Source: an uncultured Gemmatimonadales bacterium (GTDB lineage Bacteria; Gemmatimonadota; Gemmatimonadetes; Longimicrobiales; RSA9). Taken from it: 64,000 bases of DNA. The DNA is taken from positions 96,001-160,000 of the forward strand of contig CAWFKH010000005.1 of assembly GCA_963816355.1 (NCBI GenBank), written 5' to 3'. Under the pieces are notes generated by a model that saw only the letters and a program-made list of their open reading frames with translations, had not been told where the DNA came from and made no database searches. Each line of letters starts with the position of its first letter. The first letter of the stretch is position 1. Position numbers and translations under genes: made by a program. Shown here piece after piece: positions 39,351 to 49,792 of the stretch.

Positions 39351-41075
39351 ATGGACATCCCACAGTTTTTTAGGTTGTGCCAAGTACGAAGTCCCCGCCT
39401 CATGTGGTTCTTGGGTGCGGGGGCGTCCTCCTCAGCTGGCATACCAACAGCCTACGATGTCGTGTGGCGGCTTAAGCGTCGAATCTACTGCTCTGAGCAC
39501 CGTCGTCCGGAGAGCACCGTGTCCGACCTCCGCAGCCCCACCACCAAGGCACGGCTCCAGGCCTACTTCGACGCTTCTGGCAGTGCGCCTCCCGAAGACG
39601 ACCCGGCGGAGTACTCGCACTATTTCGAGTTGGCGTACCCAGACGAAAGGGATAGGCGCCGTTTCCTTGAGACTTTCCTCTCTGCGGCCAGCCCTTCCTG
39701 GGGCCATGCTGCGCTCGCCGCGCTGATCGGCTCAGACTTGGTCCGTGTGGTCTGGACCACCAACTTTGATCGCCTCGTGGAGGAAGCGTGTGCTAAGGTC
39801 CCCGGCGCGATATCTGGCCTTCGCGTCGCCGATTTGGCTGCTCCCGAGAAAGCCGCGGACGCTTTCCGCGATGAGAGTTGGCCGATTCTTGTGAAACTCC
39901 ACGGCGACTTTCACTATCGGCGCCTCAAGAACACCGCTGAGGAACTTCGAGCGCAGGACGCATCCCTGCGTGCAGTATTGGCGGAGTCCGCTCGCCGGTT
40001 TGGGCTCGTGGTTGCTGGCTACAGCGGCCGGGACACCTCGGTCATGGACGCCCTAAGGCAAGGAATCCATGATGGCGCGGGGTATCCGGGTGGTCTCTTC
40101 TGGATGGCCCGTGACGGCGACCCACTCCTCGCAGAGGTGTTGGCGCTCATCTCTGCCGCCCAGGAGCAAGGCATTGACGCGCATGTTGTACGGGCTCCTA
40201 CTTTCGACGAGCTGGCCTCGGACGTATGTCAGATGTTCGATGTGGCAACTAGGACGCTAGAGTCGACTGTTGGGGCCCGCCGGAGCCTGGTGTCCGACGC
40301 TCCGATACCGACGGCCGGGAGCGGCTGGCCAACGGTTCGACTCAATGCCTACCCTCTGTCTTCCTGGCCGCAGACGTGCCGGCTCATTCGATGCGATGCC
40401 GGTGGCACGAAGGAGGTGCGTGAGGCTCTCCGGACTTCTGGCGGAACCGCGATCGGAATCCGAAAGCGCAGCGGTGTGGTGGGGTTCGGTAGGGACGAAG
40501 ATTTCAGGAAGGCGTTCGCTGGGGCCAATATCACCGGTTTGGATCTGCACCCGATCCCTGAACTGCGGCCAGAGTACTTGGGCCTACTGACGGATGCTCT
40601 CGGGATAGCGCTTGCGCGGAACCGCGCTGTCCTAGTCGAACGTGTCGGGCGCCGCCTGTTCGTCCTCGTTGATCCGGCGGACACCGCCGGACCTAGCTAC
40701 ACAGCTCTTCGTCGCGCCACGCGCGGGGCACTGAGCGGAACGCTCCCAGGCGTTGAGCTCAAGTGGTTTGAAGCTGCCCGAGTCAGACTCGAGGAACGCC
40801 TGGGTCGACTGTGGTTCCTTGTTGAGCCGACGATCTTCCTGACCGGTCTACGCGAAGCAGAAGATGCTGCCAGAGCCCAAGCGCGCGAGTTCGTCCGCGA
40901 ACGCATGGCCAGCCGTTACAACCGCACATGGAACGACCTGTTTGAGGCTTGGAGCGGAGTCCTCTTTGAGGGCCGCCAGGGCCTGACGATCAGCGCGTTT
41001 GGGACATCGGCGGGCGTTGACGCTGAGTTTTCGGTCAGTGGTGTCACGGCCTTCTCAAGACGGGAGACCCGATGA
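39351..41075 (+). CDS. Cassette 4: Sir2-APAZ protein (NADase effector of a short pAgo system)
   Basis: FLGAGAS..AGIP, WTTNFD, LVKLHGDF, GLVVAGYSGRD SIR2 motifs; about 574 aa; ATGA-coupled to pAgo. Confidence 0.9.
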   Translation: MDIPQFFRLCQVRSPRLMWFLGAGASSSAGIPTAYDVVWRLKRRIYCSEHRRPESTVSDLRSPTTKARLQAYFDASGSAPPEDDPAEYSHYFELAYPDERDRRRFLETFLSAASPSWGHAALAALIGSDLVRVVWTTNFDRLVEEACAKVPGAISGLRVADLAAPEKAADAFRDESWPILVKLHGDFHYRRLKNTAEELRAQDASLRAVLAESARRFGLVVAGYSGRDTSVMDALRQGIHDGAGYPGGLFWMARDGDPLLAEVLALISAAQEQGIDAHVVRAPTFDELASDVCQMFDVATRTLESTVGARRSLVSDAPIPTAGSGWPTVRLNAYPLSSWPQTCRLIRCDAGGTKEVREALRTSGGTAIGIRKRSGVVGFGRDEDFRKAFAGANITGLDLHPIPELRPEYLGLLTDALGIALARNRAVLVERVGRRLFVLVDPADTAGPSYTALRRATRGALSGTLPGVELKWFEAARVRLEERLGRLWFLVEPTIFLTGLREAEDAARAQAREFVRERMASRYNRTWNDLFEAWSGVLFEGRQGLTISAFGTSAGVDAEFSVSGVTAFSRRETR

Positions 41076-42499
41076 CTCACCAGCACGAGTCTGAGCTGCC
41101 CGGCCACCAATGGATTCCGGAGCCATCGCTCCTGTTCCATCCTGAGCGGCACACCGACGTTCACGTCCATCCACTCAAAGGTCTGCTACAGTACGGGGCC
41201 TACAGTCGGTCTCTACTGAACCCCTTCATGGACCCGATCCGAGTCGCCTCTATCGGCCCTGCCGGATGGAGGCGCCGGGTGGACGGGCTTGTGGAGGAGC
41301 TCCGATCGGCCCAGGAACCCCGGGAGCGAAGGGCTTACCTCCCACAATATCCGGGCTTTTCCAGCCTTTTTGGTGTTGGCCTCGTTACGGCCGATGCACA
41401 CCTACAGGTTGAGTTGCCTGCTGATACCGAACAGCAACTGGCTAACTCCCCCCAGCCCGTGCTGAAGCTGGGCGAACTCCTTTCGCGGGCGGTGCGTGGT
41501 CTTGAGGCAAGGAGAAGTGAGTTCGATGTGGTAATTGTTCTCCTGCCAGAGGAGTGGGCCACGGCCTTCGAGGACAAGGAGAACGATCTCGATCTGCACG
41601 ACTACCTCAAGGCCGATACCGCAAGTCGTGGCATCCCTTGTCAATTCATAAACGACACTCCCAATGGAGCTCTACAGTATCGGTGTCGGGCAAGCGTCGG
41701 CTGGCGCCTTGGCATAGCTCTCTACACGAAAGCAGGGGGAGTTCCTTGGAAGCTCGCCACGACGGGAGTTGATACCGCGTTCATCGGTATCAGCTACGCC
41801 ATGCAGCCGCTTGAAGGTGCTGAGACCCGGTTCGTTACATGCTGCAGCCAGGTCTTTGATGCTGATGGTGCGGGATTGGAGTTTATTACCTACCAGCCCC
41901 GAGACGTTCGCATAGAGCGGCGGAATCCGTTCTTGGACCGGACGGAAATGCGACGGGTTATCGCGAGGAGCCTTGAGTTGTTCCAACGACGCCACGGAGG
42001 CCGCCTCCCCAGTCGTGTCGTGGTGCACAAGTCGACCGAATTCAAAGACGGCGAGGTCAGCGGATGCGGAGACGCCCTTGCTGCAGTTGATGACGTGCGC
42101 CTTCTCCACGTCCAAATTGATGTGTTTTGGCGAGGCACCAAGCTTGAGGCGCGACGACGACCAGCAGCCTACCCGTGCGAAAGGGGCACCCTACTGCAAC
42201 TCGGAGCTCGAGAGGCCCTACTGTGGACGCAAGGCAACGTGGCAGAGGCCCTGGGGAAGAACTACTACAAGGAAGGCAAGTCGATCCCGTCTCCGTTGTT
42301 GCTGACTCGGTATGCCGGACACGGACCGATGCTCGAAGATGCGGGGGACGTGCTGGCACTGACCAAGATGAACTGGAATAACGACAACCTCTACGACAGG
42401 GAGCCGGCGACCCTGGCGTACGCGGGCGTGTTAGCCAGAACTGTGCGGCGAATGCCGGACCTCCTTCCGCGCCCCTATCAACTTCGGTTCTTCATGTGA
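41072..42499 (+). CDS. Cassette 4: short prokaryotic Argonaute (MID-PIWI, catalytically inactive)
   Basis: HPLKGLLQYG, HDYLK...CQF MID pocket, LYTKAGGVPW, VVVHKS, LALTKMNWN, C-terminal LRFFM; FIGISY lacks the first catalytic Asp. Confidence 0.92.
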   Translation: MTHQHESELPGHQWIPEPSLLFHPERHTDVHVHPLKGLLQYGAYSRSLLNPFMDPIRVASIGPAGWRRRVDGLVEELRSAQEPRERRAYLPQYPGFSSLFGVGLVTADAHLQVELPADTEQQLANSPQPVLKLGELLSRAVRGLEARRSEFDVVIVLLPEEWATAFEDKENDLDLHDYLKADTASRGIPCQFINDTPNGALQYRCRASVGWRLGIALYTKAGGVPWKLATTGVDTAFIGISYAMQPLEGAETRFVTCCSQVFDADGAGLEFITYQPRDVRIERRNPFLDRTEMRRVIARSLELFQRRHGGRLPSRVVVHKSTEFKDGEVSGCGDALAAVDDVRLLHVQIDVFWRGTKLEARRRPAAYPCERGTLLQLGAREALLWTQGNVAEALGKNYYKEGKSIPSPLLLTRYAGHGPMLEDAGDVLALTKMNWNNDNLYDREPATLAYAGVLARTVRRMPDLLPRPYQLRFFM

Positions 42500-42653
42500 G
42501 TGGCCGTATATGGGCCGGTTGACTCGCAGGCAAGCGTCGGAATGAGGTCGCAAGGGCGTCTCAGTGGTGCGTTCGGGAATCCCAGGGGGAGCTCCAGGAC
42601 AGATGTTGAAGAGAGCACGAGACAAAGACCTGTTATTGCGGAGGCTCGCGGCG

Positions 42654-42920
42654 ATGGCGGCTGATGATCTGCGGACGGAATGGCACCTCACGCCCAACGG
42701 TTGGGTGATCGGAACTTCTCGCTTCTTCGGGACCGTCCAGGGTGACTCGGTTGAGCGTCCCCACGACGCGGTTGTGACTTTCATCGACCAAACCTATCAG
42801 CGATCCGAATGGTCCGGAGAGGAGCGAAGGAGTTGGGTCGAGTGGCGAAATCCAGACGTGGCAGCGCACGACTTTGAGGCTTTGCGCGCTCAGTATCCCG
42901 CCCCTTGGGAGTCGAAGTAG
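42654..42920 (+). CDS. Cassette 4: small hypothetical protein (88 aa)
   Basis: GGAGG RBS; Trp-rich EWHLTPNGWV; ends 31 bp before attC4. Confidence 0.65.
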   Translation: MAADDLRTEWHLTPNGWVIGTSRFFGTVQGDSVERPHDAVVTFIDQTYQRSEWSGEERRSWVEWRNPDVAAHDFEALRAQYPAPWESK

Positions 42921-42964
42921 GGGTTCGCAGGGAATAGGTGGCCGCGACGTCAGTTAACAAACAG

Positions 42965-44275
42965 GGCTCTTCCGGGTTTCCCATGGGTCGAGGTAGGATG
43001 AGTGCTTCCGAAAGGAGGCGTTCATGGACGATCGCGGGTTTTACCAGACGGTGCTGGGGCTGAGGGAGCCGTGGGTAGTGGAGTCCGTAGAGTTGCGACC
43101 TGAGCGGGAGGAAGTGCGGGTGCGAGTCGGTGCGCGGGCCGGGGCGCGGCTGACCTGCCCGGAGTGCGGCCGCGAGAGCCCGGGCTATGATCTGGCGGAG
43201 GAGCGGCGGTGGCGACACCTGGATACGATGCAATACCGGACGATCCTCCACGCGCGAGTCCCTCGCGTGGAATGTGAAGCGCATGGGGTCCGGCAGGTGG
43301 CCGTGCCCTGGGCGGAGCCGCGAGGCCGTTTCACGGCGCTGTTCGAGGCGTGGGCGATCCGGCTGCTGAGAGAATCGACGGTGGCGGGAGTGGCGGAGCT
43401 CCTGGGCCTCAGCTGGGATGAGGTGGCTCACATCCAGCGGCGGGCCGTGGATCGAGGGTTGGCGCGCCGTTCCCAGGAACCGGTTCGGGTCCTGGGGATC
43501 GACGAGACCAGCTTTCAGAAGCGGCACGAGTACGTGACGGTGGTCAATGACCTCGAGGGGGATCGGGTGCTCTGGGTGGGCGATCACCGGCGGGAGAGCA
43601 CGCTTCGTGAATTCTGGGAGAGCCGGCCGGAGGAAGAGCTGCGCGGGCTTCGGGCCATCGTCATGGACATGTGGGATCCCTACATCGCCGCCACGCGCGA
43701 CTGTGTGCCCCACGGCCTCTCGAAAATCGTCTTCGATCGGTATCACGTGGCGGCCCACCTGACAACGGCGGTGAGCGAGGTCCGCAAGGCCGAGCAGCGG
43801 GATCTTCGCCGAGCCGGGGAGGGGGCCCGTGCCGCCCAACTGAAAGGCAAACGCTTTGTCCTGGTGCGGGGCGCCGCCAAGCGCACGGCCGCCGATGAGG
43901 CGGAACTCGCCGCGTTGCGTCGCTCAGGCTTCAAGGTCGGGCGCGCCTGGGCCCTGAAGGAGGCGGCGCGGAGCCTCTGGGAGTGCGCTACAGCCGAGAC
44001 TGCACTCCGCGCGTTCCAGCGGTGGTACCGCTGGGCCATGCGCTCACGGCTCGAGCCCATGAAGCGAGCCGCCCGCACCATGAAGCGCTACCTCTACGGG
44101 ATCCTACAGTACACCCGACACCCGTTCACCAATGCCAGGACCGAGGGCATGAATTCCAAGATCCAGCTCATCAAGCACCGCGCTCGAGGCTACCGCAACC
44201 GCGACAACTTCCGGATCGCCATCCTCTTTCACTGCGGCGGCTTGAACATGGACCCACGCTAAATCCGGAAGAGCC
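42965..44275 (+). mobile_element. ISL3 family element
   Basis: IRs GGCTCTTCCGG / CCGGAAGAGCC; 8-bp TSD ACAAACAG (42957-42964, 44276-44283). Confidence 0.95.
43024..44262 (+). CDS. ISL3 family transposase
   Basis: CPEC zinc finger, [32 protein letters not shown]. Confidence 0.95.
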   Translation: MDDRGFYQTVLGLREPWVVESVELRPEREEVRVRVGARAGARLTCPECGRESPGYDLAEERRWRHLDTMQYRTILHARVPRVECEAHGVRQVAVPWAEPRGRFTALFEAWAIRLLRESTVAGVAELLGLSWDEVAHIQRRAVDRGLARRSQEPVRVLGIDETSFQKRHEYVTVVNDLEGDRVLWVGDHRRESTLREFWESRPEEELRGLRAIVMDMWDPYIAATRDCVPHGLSKIVFDRYHVAAHLTTAVSEVRKAEQRDLRRAGEGARAAQLKGKRFVLVRGAAKRTAADEAELAALRRSGFKVGRAWALKEAARSLWECATAETALRAFQRWYRWAMRSRLEPMKRAARTMKRYLYGILQYTRHPFTNARTEGMNSKIQLIKHRARGYRNRDNFRIAILFHCGGLNMDPR

Positions 44276-45202
44276 ACAAACAGTTGCCGGCTTCGTTCGC
44301 TACGCTCACTTCGACGAGCACGGCTTCGCCTGACGGCTCAGCCGCGCCGGCAACTTTGAACGTTATGCGCAACTGCTAGGAGAAGACGACCAATCACAAT
44401 GGTGACGAAGGGAAGCACGACGAGGCTCAGAGGTATCTTCAGAGGGTGTGGAAACGAGCAGAAGGCGGTGACACCTTTCGGTTGAGCCATCAACCACGGG
44501 CCTCGTGCCCGCACGAAAGGAGCCACCGCCGTGTCAAAGGTAACCAAGGAAGCGTCCTCGTCGTCAAGCGTGGTATGGGGACAGCTGGAGGGCTTTGCCC
44601 GCGAGCGGTTCAGGTATTCGTCCAGCGGCTGCTCGAGGAAGAGGTCGAAGGGCTCCTGGGCTGGCGGAAGTCGGAGCGGCGAGAGCCCGGATCGGAGCCG
44701 GTCTACCGCAACGGCTACGACAAGGCGCGTAAGCTGGCGTTGTCGAACGGCACGATCAAGGTTCGGCGTCCGCGGGTCCGAGGGCTGGAAGAGCGGTTCA
44801 AGAGCCGAATCCTTCCGCTGTTCAAGCGGCGCACGGAGGAAGTCAGCGAGCTCCTGCCCCAGCTCTACCTGCACGGGCTGGCGCTCGGCGACTTCGAGCT
44901 CGCGCTGAGGGGGCTGCTGGGGGACGCTGCTCCCCTTTCGGCCGCTTCGATCGCTCGGCTGAAGGCGCAGTGGCAGCTCGAGTTGCGTATTCCGGGCGAA
45001 TCCGTCCACTGATTCCGGAGCAAGCCGTCCACTGATTCCGGACGATTCCGTCCACCCGTTCCGGAGCAATACGTCGACCGATTCCGGGGATTCCGTCCTG
45101 TCATTCCGGCGGAATCCGTCCACCCTGGGGGAGCGAAACCGACGCTGGATGACCTGAACCGAAACAGCCGCCACCTTGTGCGGGTGCTGAACCCGGAGGA
45201 GA

Positions 45203-46680
45203 ATGGCGGCAGAGAGGTTGTCCATGCGGAAGATTAAGGAGGTGCTGCGGCTGAAGGCCGCAGGCCATGGGAACCGGGCGATCGCCCGGAGCCTGCGGAT
45301 CGCGCACAGCACGGTCCGCGAGTACCTGAGCCGGGCCGAGGCGGCGGAGCTGGGCTGGCCGCTGCCGGAGGGTCTGACGGAGGCGGAGCTCGAGGCCCGG
45401 CTCTTTCCCCGCCGCGGCCGTCGAACGTGGCGCGTCCGCTGCCGGACTGGGCGGAGGTACACCGGGAGCTCAAGGCGAAGAAGCGGACCGGCATCACGCT
45501 CCAGCTACTCTGGCTCGAGTACAAGGAGGAGCACCCGTACGGGCTGCAGTACAGCCAGTTCTGCGAGCGGTACCGCCGGTGGCGGGGCGGGCTGGACCTG
45601 GTGCTCCGGCAGGAGCATCGGGCCGGGGAGAAGGCCTTCGTGGACTTCGCCGGCCAGACGGTGCCGGTGGTGGACCGGGGCACGGGGGAGATCCGCGAGG
45701 CCGAGATCTTCGTCGGTGTGCTGGGCGCCAGCAACTACACCTACGCCGAGGCGTGCTGGAGCCAGGAGCTGCCCGAGTGGATCGGGGCGCACGTGCGCAT
45801 GTACGAGTACTTCGGCGGCGTCCCGCAGCTCACGGTCCCCGACAACCTGAAGGCGGGGGTCCGCCACGCCTGCTACTACGAGCCGGACCTGAACCCCACG
45901 TATCACGAGCTGGCGGTGCACTACGGCACGGCCGTGCTGCCGGCCCGGGTCCGAAAGCCGAGGGACAAGGCGAAGGCGGAAGCGGGCGTGCTCCTGGTGG
46001 AGCGGTGGATCCTGGCCCGGCTCCGCAAGCTCACCTTTTTCAGCCTGGCCGAGCTGAACCGGGAGATCCGTCGCCTGCTGGACCTCCTGAACGACCGGCC
46101 CTTCCAGAAGCTGGAAGGAAGCCGCCGCTCGCTCTTCGAGACGCTGGACCGGCCGGCGCTTCTCCCGCTCCCCGAGCAGCGCTACGAGTTTGCCCGCTGG
46201 AAAAAAGCCCGGGTCAACATCGACTACCACATCGATGTCCTCGGCCACCGGACACCGGCCCAAGGCGCACCAGAAACACCTCGAGTGGACGCCCTCGCGG
46301 ATCGTCGCCTGGGCCGAGAAGACGGGGCGCACGAGCGTCGAGGTCCTGCACTCCGGCCGCCGGGTGGCGGCGCATCTGCGGAGCCACCGAAAGGGCGGCT
46401 TCACCACCGAGCCCGGGGGAGGCGGTCGAGTCCACTCTGGAGGATGGACTTGACCGAGCGATAGGAGACGCCGCCGATCCGGAGCGCGCGGGCGCAGGCA
46501 GCCTCGAGCCGTTCGGGAGAGTGGCGATCGCCGAGCCTCAGGAGGCCGAGGCAGGCACGGTAGCCCTGCTCCGGGTGCGGCTTGCTCTCGAGGATCTGCC
46601 GGGCCAGCTCGCCCGTGGCTGCGGGTGATGCGCACGTCCACCTGCTGGCGGACGAGGGTGTGGGGCACGCTGTAGAACCG
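45203..46680 (+). pseudogene. istA: istA transposase, frameshifted and rearranged
   Basis: [42 protein letters not shown]; 3' pieces out of order or inverted. Confidence 0.85.
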
Positions 46681-46894
46681 CGATCTCCTCGAGGTCCTCG
46701 AAGACCGCTACGGCCGACGCGCCACCCTCGTCACCAGCCAGCTGCCCGTCGAGCACTGGCACGCGGTCATGGGAGACGCCACATTCGCCGACGCCATCCT
46801 GGATCGGCTCGTCCACAACGCCCACACCATCACTCTGAAAGGAGCTTCCATGCGGCGGAAGAAGAGTCAGACCGCCGCCGTCGCCGAGTCCTGA
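46680..46894 (+). pseudogene. istB: istB C-terminal fragment
   Basis: [23 protein letters not shown]...[20 protein letters not shown]. Confidence 0.85.
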
Positions 46895-48360
46895 ACACGC
46901 CAGCGTCGATTCGCTCCGACGGGTGGACGGAATGGACCGGAACAGGTGGACGGCTTGCGCCGGAACCGCCGGACGGCTTCCTCCGGAACTCGTGGACGGA
47001 TTCACCGGAATAGGCACGAGTTCCAGGAGTGGCGGAGCCGTTCGCTGGCCGAGCTCGACATCGTGTACTGCTGGGCGGATGGCCTGTACGTAAAGGCCGG
47101 CATCGACGACGGCAAGGCGGCGCTCCTGGTGATCATCGGTGGGACCCGCGAGGGCGAGAAGGTCGTGCTCGCCGTGGAGAGCGGGCAGCGGGAGTCGCGC
47201 GAGTCGTGGCTGGGCGTACTGCGCGACCTGAAGGGCCGCGGCATGAACGCGCCGCGGCTCCTGGTCGCCGACGGCCACCTGGGCATCTGGGCCGCGGTCC
47301 CCGAGATCTGGCCGCGGTGCGAGGAGCAGCGTTGCTGGAATCACAAGATGGTCAACGTGCTGGACCAGGTTCCGAGGAAGCAGCAGGCGGCCGTACGCCA
47401 GCACCTGAGAGGAATGATGTACGCCGAGAGCAGGGCTGAGTGCGAGAAAGCGCGTGAGCGGTGCGTGAAGCAGTTCGAGCGGCTCTACCCCAAGGCAATG
47501 GCGGCGCTCAAGCGGGACTGGGAGCGGATGGTCACCTTCTTCTCCTTCCCCCACGAGCACTGGGTCCACCTGCGCACCACCAACATCGTCGAGTCGCCCT
47601 TCGCCTCTGTGCGGCTCAGGACCACGGCCGCAAAGCGCTACAAGCGGGTCGAGAACGCCACGGCGTTGATCTGGAAGCTGCTCCTCGTAGCGGAGAAGAC
47701 CTTCCGGCGGCTCAACGCCGCACACCTGCTCGCGGCCGTTTCCGCGGGCGCGAAGTACGTCGACGGCATCCCCGTCACCAGTCAGTCCGAAAGGGCCGCC
47801 GCCTGATGCCGTTTACACACCTATTGACGTGACCTCCGAGGCTCACGTCAGCCTCGATTATTCACGAAGCGATTTGAGAGTCCCGATATCACCTGAAACG
47901 CGTGGGCGGGCCTGGGTTCGGTCGATGCGCGGGGGTTTCTGGGACAGGCCCCCTACCCCGCGGCGCAGGCAACGACGCGGCTTCGGTCTCCAGAGCTCCC
48001 CACCCTATTTCGTGTTCTACGCGGCCGCGGGCAGGGTGCGCGTGGCCGGCGAGCCCCGCGCCGGATGGAGACGTTCGAGTTCATTCCAGACGGCTTGCCA
48101 ATGCGGTGAGCGCGCGGACTCGACTACGAGCGTGATCTGACGGCCACCGAGCAGCACGCGGTCCGCCACGTTCAGCAGCAGGTGGCGGAAGCGCTCGCGC
48201 CCGCAGGCCTCGCGCGTGGCCGCTTGCAACAGGGCAGCACCTCGGCTGAGCAGGTTGGCGGCAAGGAGGCTGACGAGCAGGGTGACCTCGTTGACGGCGA
48301 AGCTGTCCGGTGGGACGTAGGTCTGCTTCTCGAGGCGCCGGCCCTGGTAGTGCGACTTGG

Positions 48361-49792
48361 GAGGTATTGTCAAAAGTTGTGGATCGGGACGTGATCAGGC
48401 GGCGGCCTTCCGTTCCTCGGTATCCTCCCGCTCGACCTGCACTCCGTCGGTGAACTGAACGCCAGCTCGCGCGAGCGGGAGCAGGTGCGAGCCGTTCAGC
48501 TTGCGCCACCGGTCCTGGGCCATCTGGATCAGCTTGAAGGCCATGGTGAGTCCCCGGATCCTGGAGCCCGGGCCTTTGGTCACGCGCTGCCTCAGCCGAA
48601 CCGTTGCGAACGTGGACTCGATAGGGTTGGAGGTGCGGATGTGCTTCCAGTGCTCGGCCGGGAAGTCGAAGTAGCTCAGGAGCCGGTCCTGGTCGCGACG
48701 CAGCGAGGTGATGGCCTTCGGGTACTTGGCTCCGTAGTCGGCCTCGAACCGCTCGATGCCCTTCTCGGCGTCCTCTCGCGTCGGCGCGTTCATGATCTCC
48801 CTCAGGGTCGCCTTGGCTTGGCCCTGGAGCCGCTTCGGGAGCTTGTCCAGGACGTTGGCCATCCGGTGCACCCAGCACCGCTGCTCGCGCGTCTCGGGCC
48901 AGACGTCGCCCACGGCCGCCCAGAAGCCCAGGGCTCCGTCCCCGGTGGCCAGGGCCGGTGCCCGCATCCCCCGTCGCTTCAGGTCCCGGAGCACATGCGC
49001 CCAGCTCTCCGTGCTCTCCCGGTAGCCGTCTTCCACTGCGATGAGCTCCTTGGTCCCGTCCGGCCGCGCGCCGATCAGCACCAGCAGGCAGAGCCGGTCC
49101 TGCTCGCCCAACCGCACGTTCACGTGGATGCCGTCGGCCCAGACGTAGACGTAATCGACGTCCGAGAGATCACGCGTGCGCCATGCCGCGATCTCGGCCT
49201 CCCACACGCCGATCTGGCGGCTGATGTTGGCCGGCGACAGCCCACTCGCCGCCTCGCCCAGCAGCGCCGGCAGGGCCTCGCGGAAGTCGCCGGTCGACAG
49301 CCCCCGCAGGTACAGCAACGGAATCACCTCATTGACCTTCGGGCTCCGTCGCATCCACGGCGGCAGGATCCGGCTCGTGAACTTCCTTCCCGCTCGCCGA
49401 TCATGGACCCGGGGCGCTTGGACCTCCACCGTGCCGGAGCCCACCGTCACCTTCCGGGCCCGGGCTTTCCCGTTCCGGACCACCAGGGCCAGGCCTCGCT
49501 CGTCTCGAGCCCCGGCATGCTTCGCCAGATACGCCTCGACCTCCAGCTCCAGGGCTACCGCGAGCATCCGCTCGCACCCTCTCGAGCCAATCCGTCCAGG
49601 TCCCTCGGAAGCGCTCCCTCCTCGCTCCTGAACCCTTCCTCCACTACCTTCAGCATGGCGGCGTGCTCCTTCCCCCGGGCGCCAACCCGGGACTCGTGTG
49701 ATGGGTGTCACACGGAAGGGTACGCCGCCTTTTTCACGCCCGCCAACTCACCCCCACTCCGGGGGGCGATCCACAACTTTCGAGGATAGCTC
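48361..49792 (-). mobile_element. IS256 family element (copy b)
   Basis: IRs GAGGTATTGTCAAAAGTTGTGGATCG / CGATCCACAACTTTCGAGGATAGCTC; 9-bp TSD GCGACTTGG. Confidence 0.92.
48395..49656 (-). CDS. IS256 transposase (apparent frameshift near 49570)
   Basis: YVWADG, TGDGALGFW, QRCWVH, IRTSNPIES; the likely N-terminus MLKVVEEG is in another frame. Confidence 0.85.

Larger units (their letters stand above)
42952..44368 (+). other. attC site 4, split by ISL3
   Basis: R'' GTCAGTTAAC complements the cassette-4 start GTTAACTGAC; after IS removal there are AGTTGCCGG/CCGGCAACT arms and R' GTTATGC. Confidence 0.85.
44984..47016 (+). mobile_element. IS21 family element, internally deleted/scrambled
   Basis: TG...CA ends, IRs TGCGTATTCCGG / CCGGAATAGGCA, repeated TTCCGG..CGTCCAC boxes at both ends, 5-bp TSD CGAGT. 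Confidence 0.9.
44531..47806 (+). pseudogene. IS256 transposase, frameshifted near 44610 and split by IS21
   Basis: N-part YRNGY...PRVR...LYLHGL; C-part YCWADG, VADGHLG, QRCWNH, LRTTNIVES. Confidence 0.88.
44430..47836 (+). mobile_element. IS256 family element (copy a), interrupted by IS21
   Basis: Imperfect IRs GAGGTATCTTCAGAGGGTGTGGAAAC / GTTTACACACCTATTGACGTGACCTC; 9-bp TSD CGAGGCTCA. Confidence 0.9.

Noticed and set aside
44984..45125. Regularly spaced TTCCGG..CGTCCAC repeats resembling a CRISPR array (also 46915-47016)
   Set aside because: The period is too short, there are no unique spacers or cas genes, and these are the terminal repeats typical of IS21 ends
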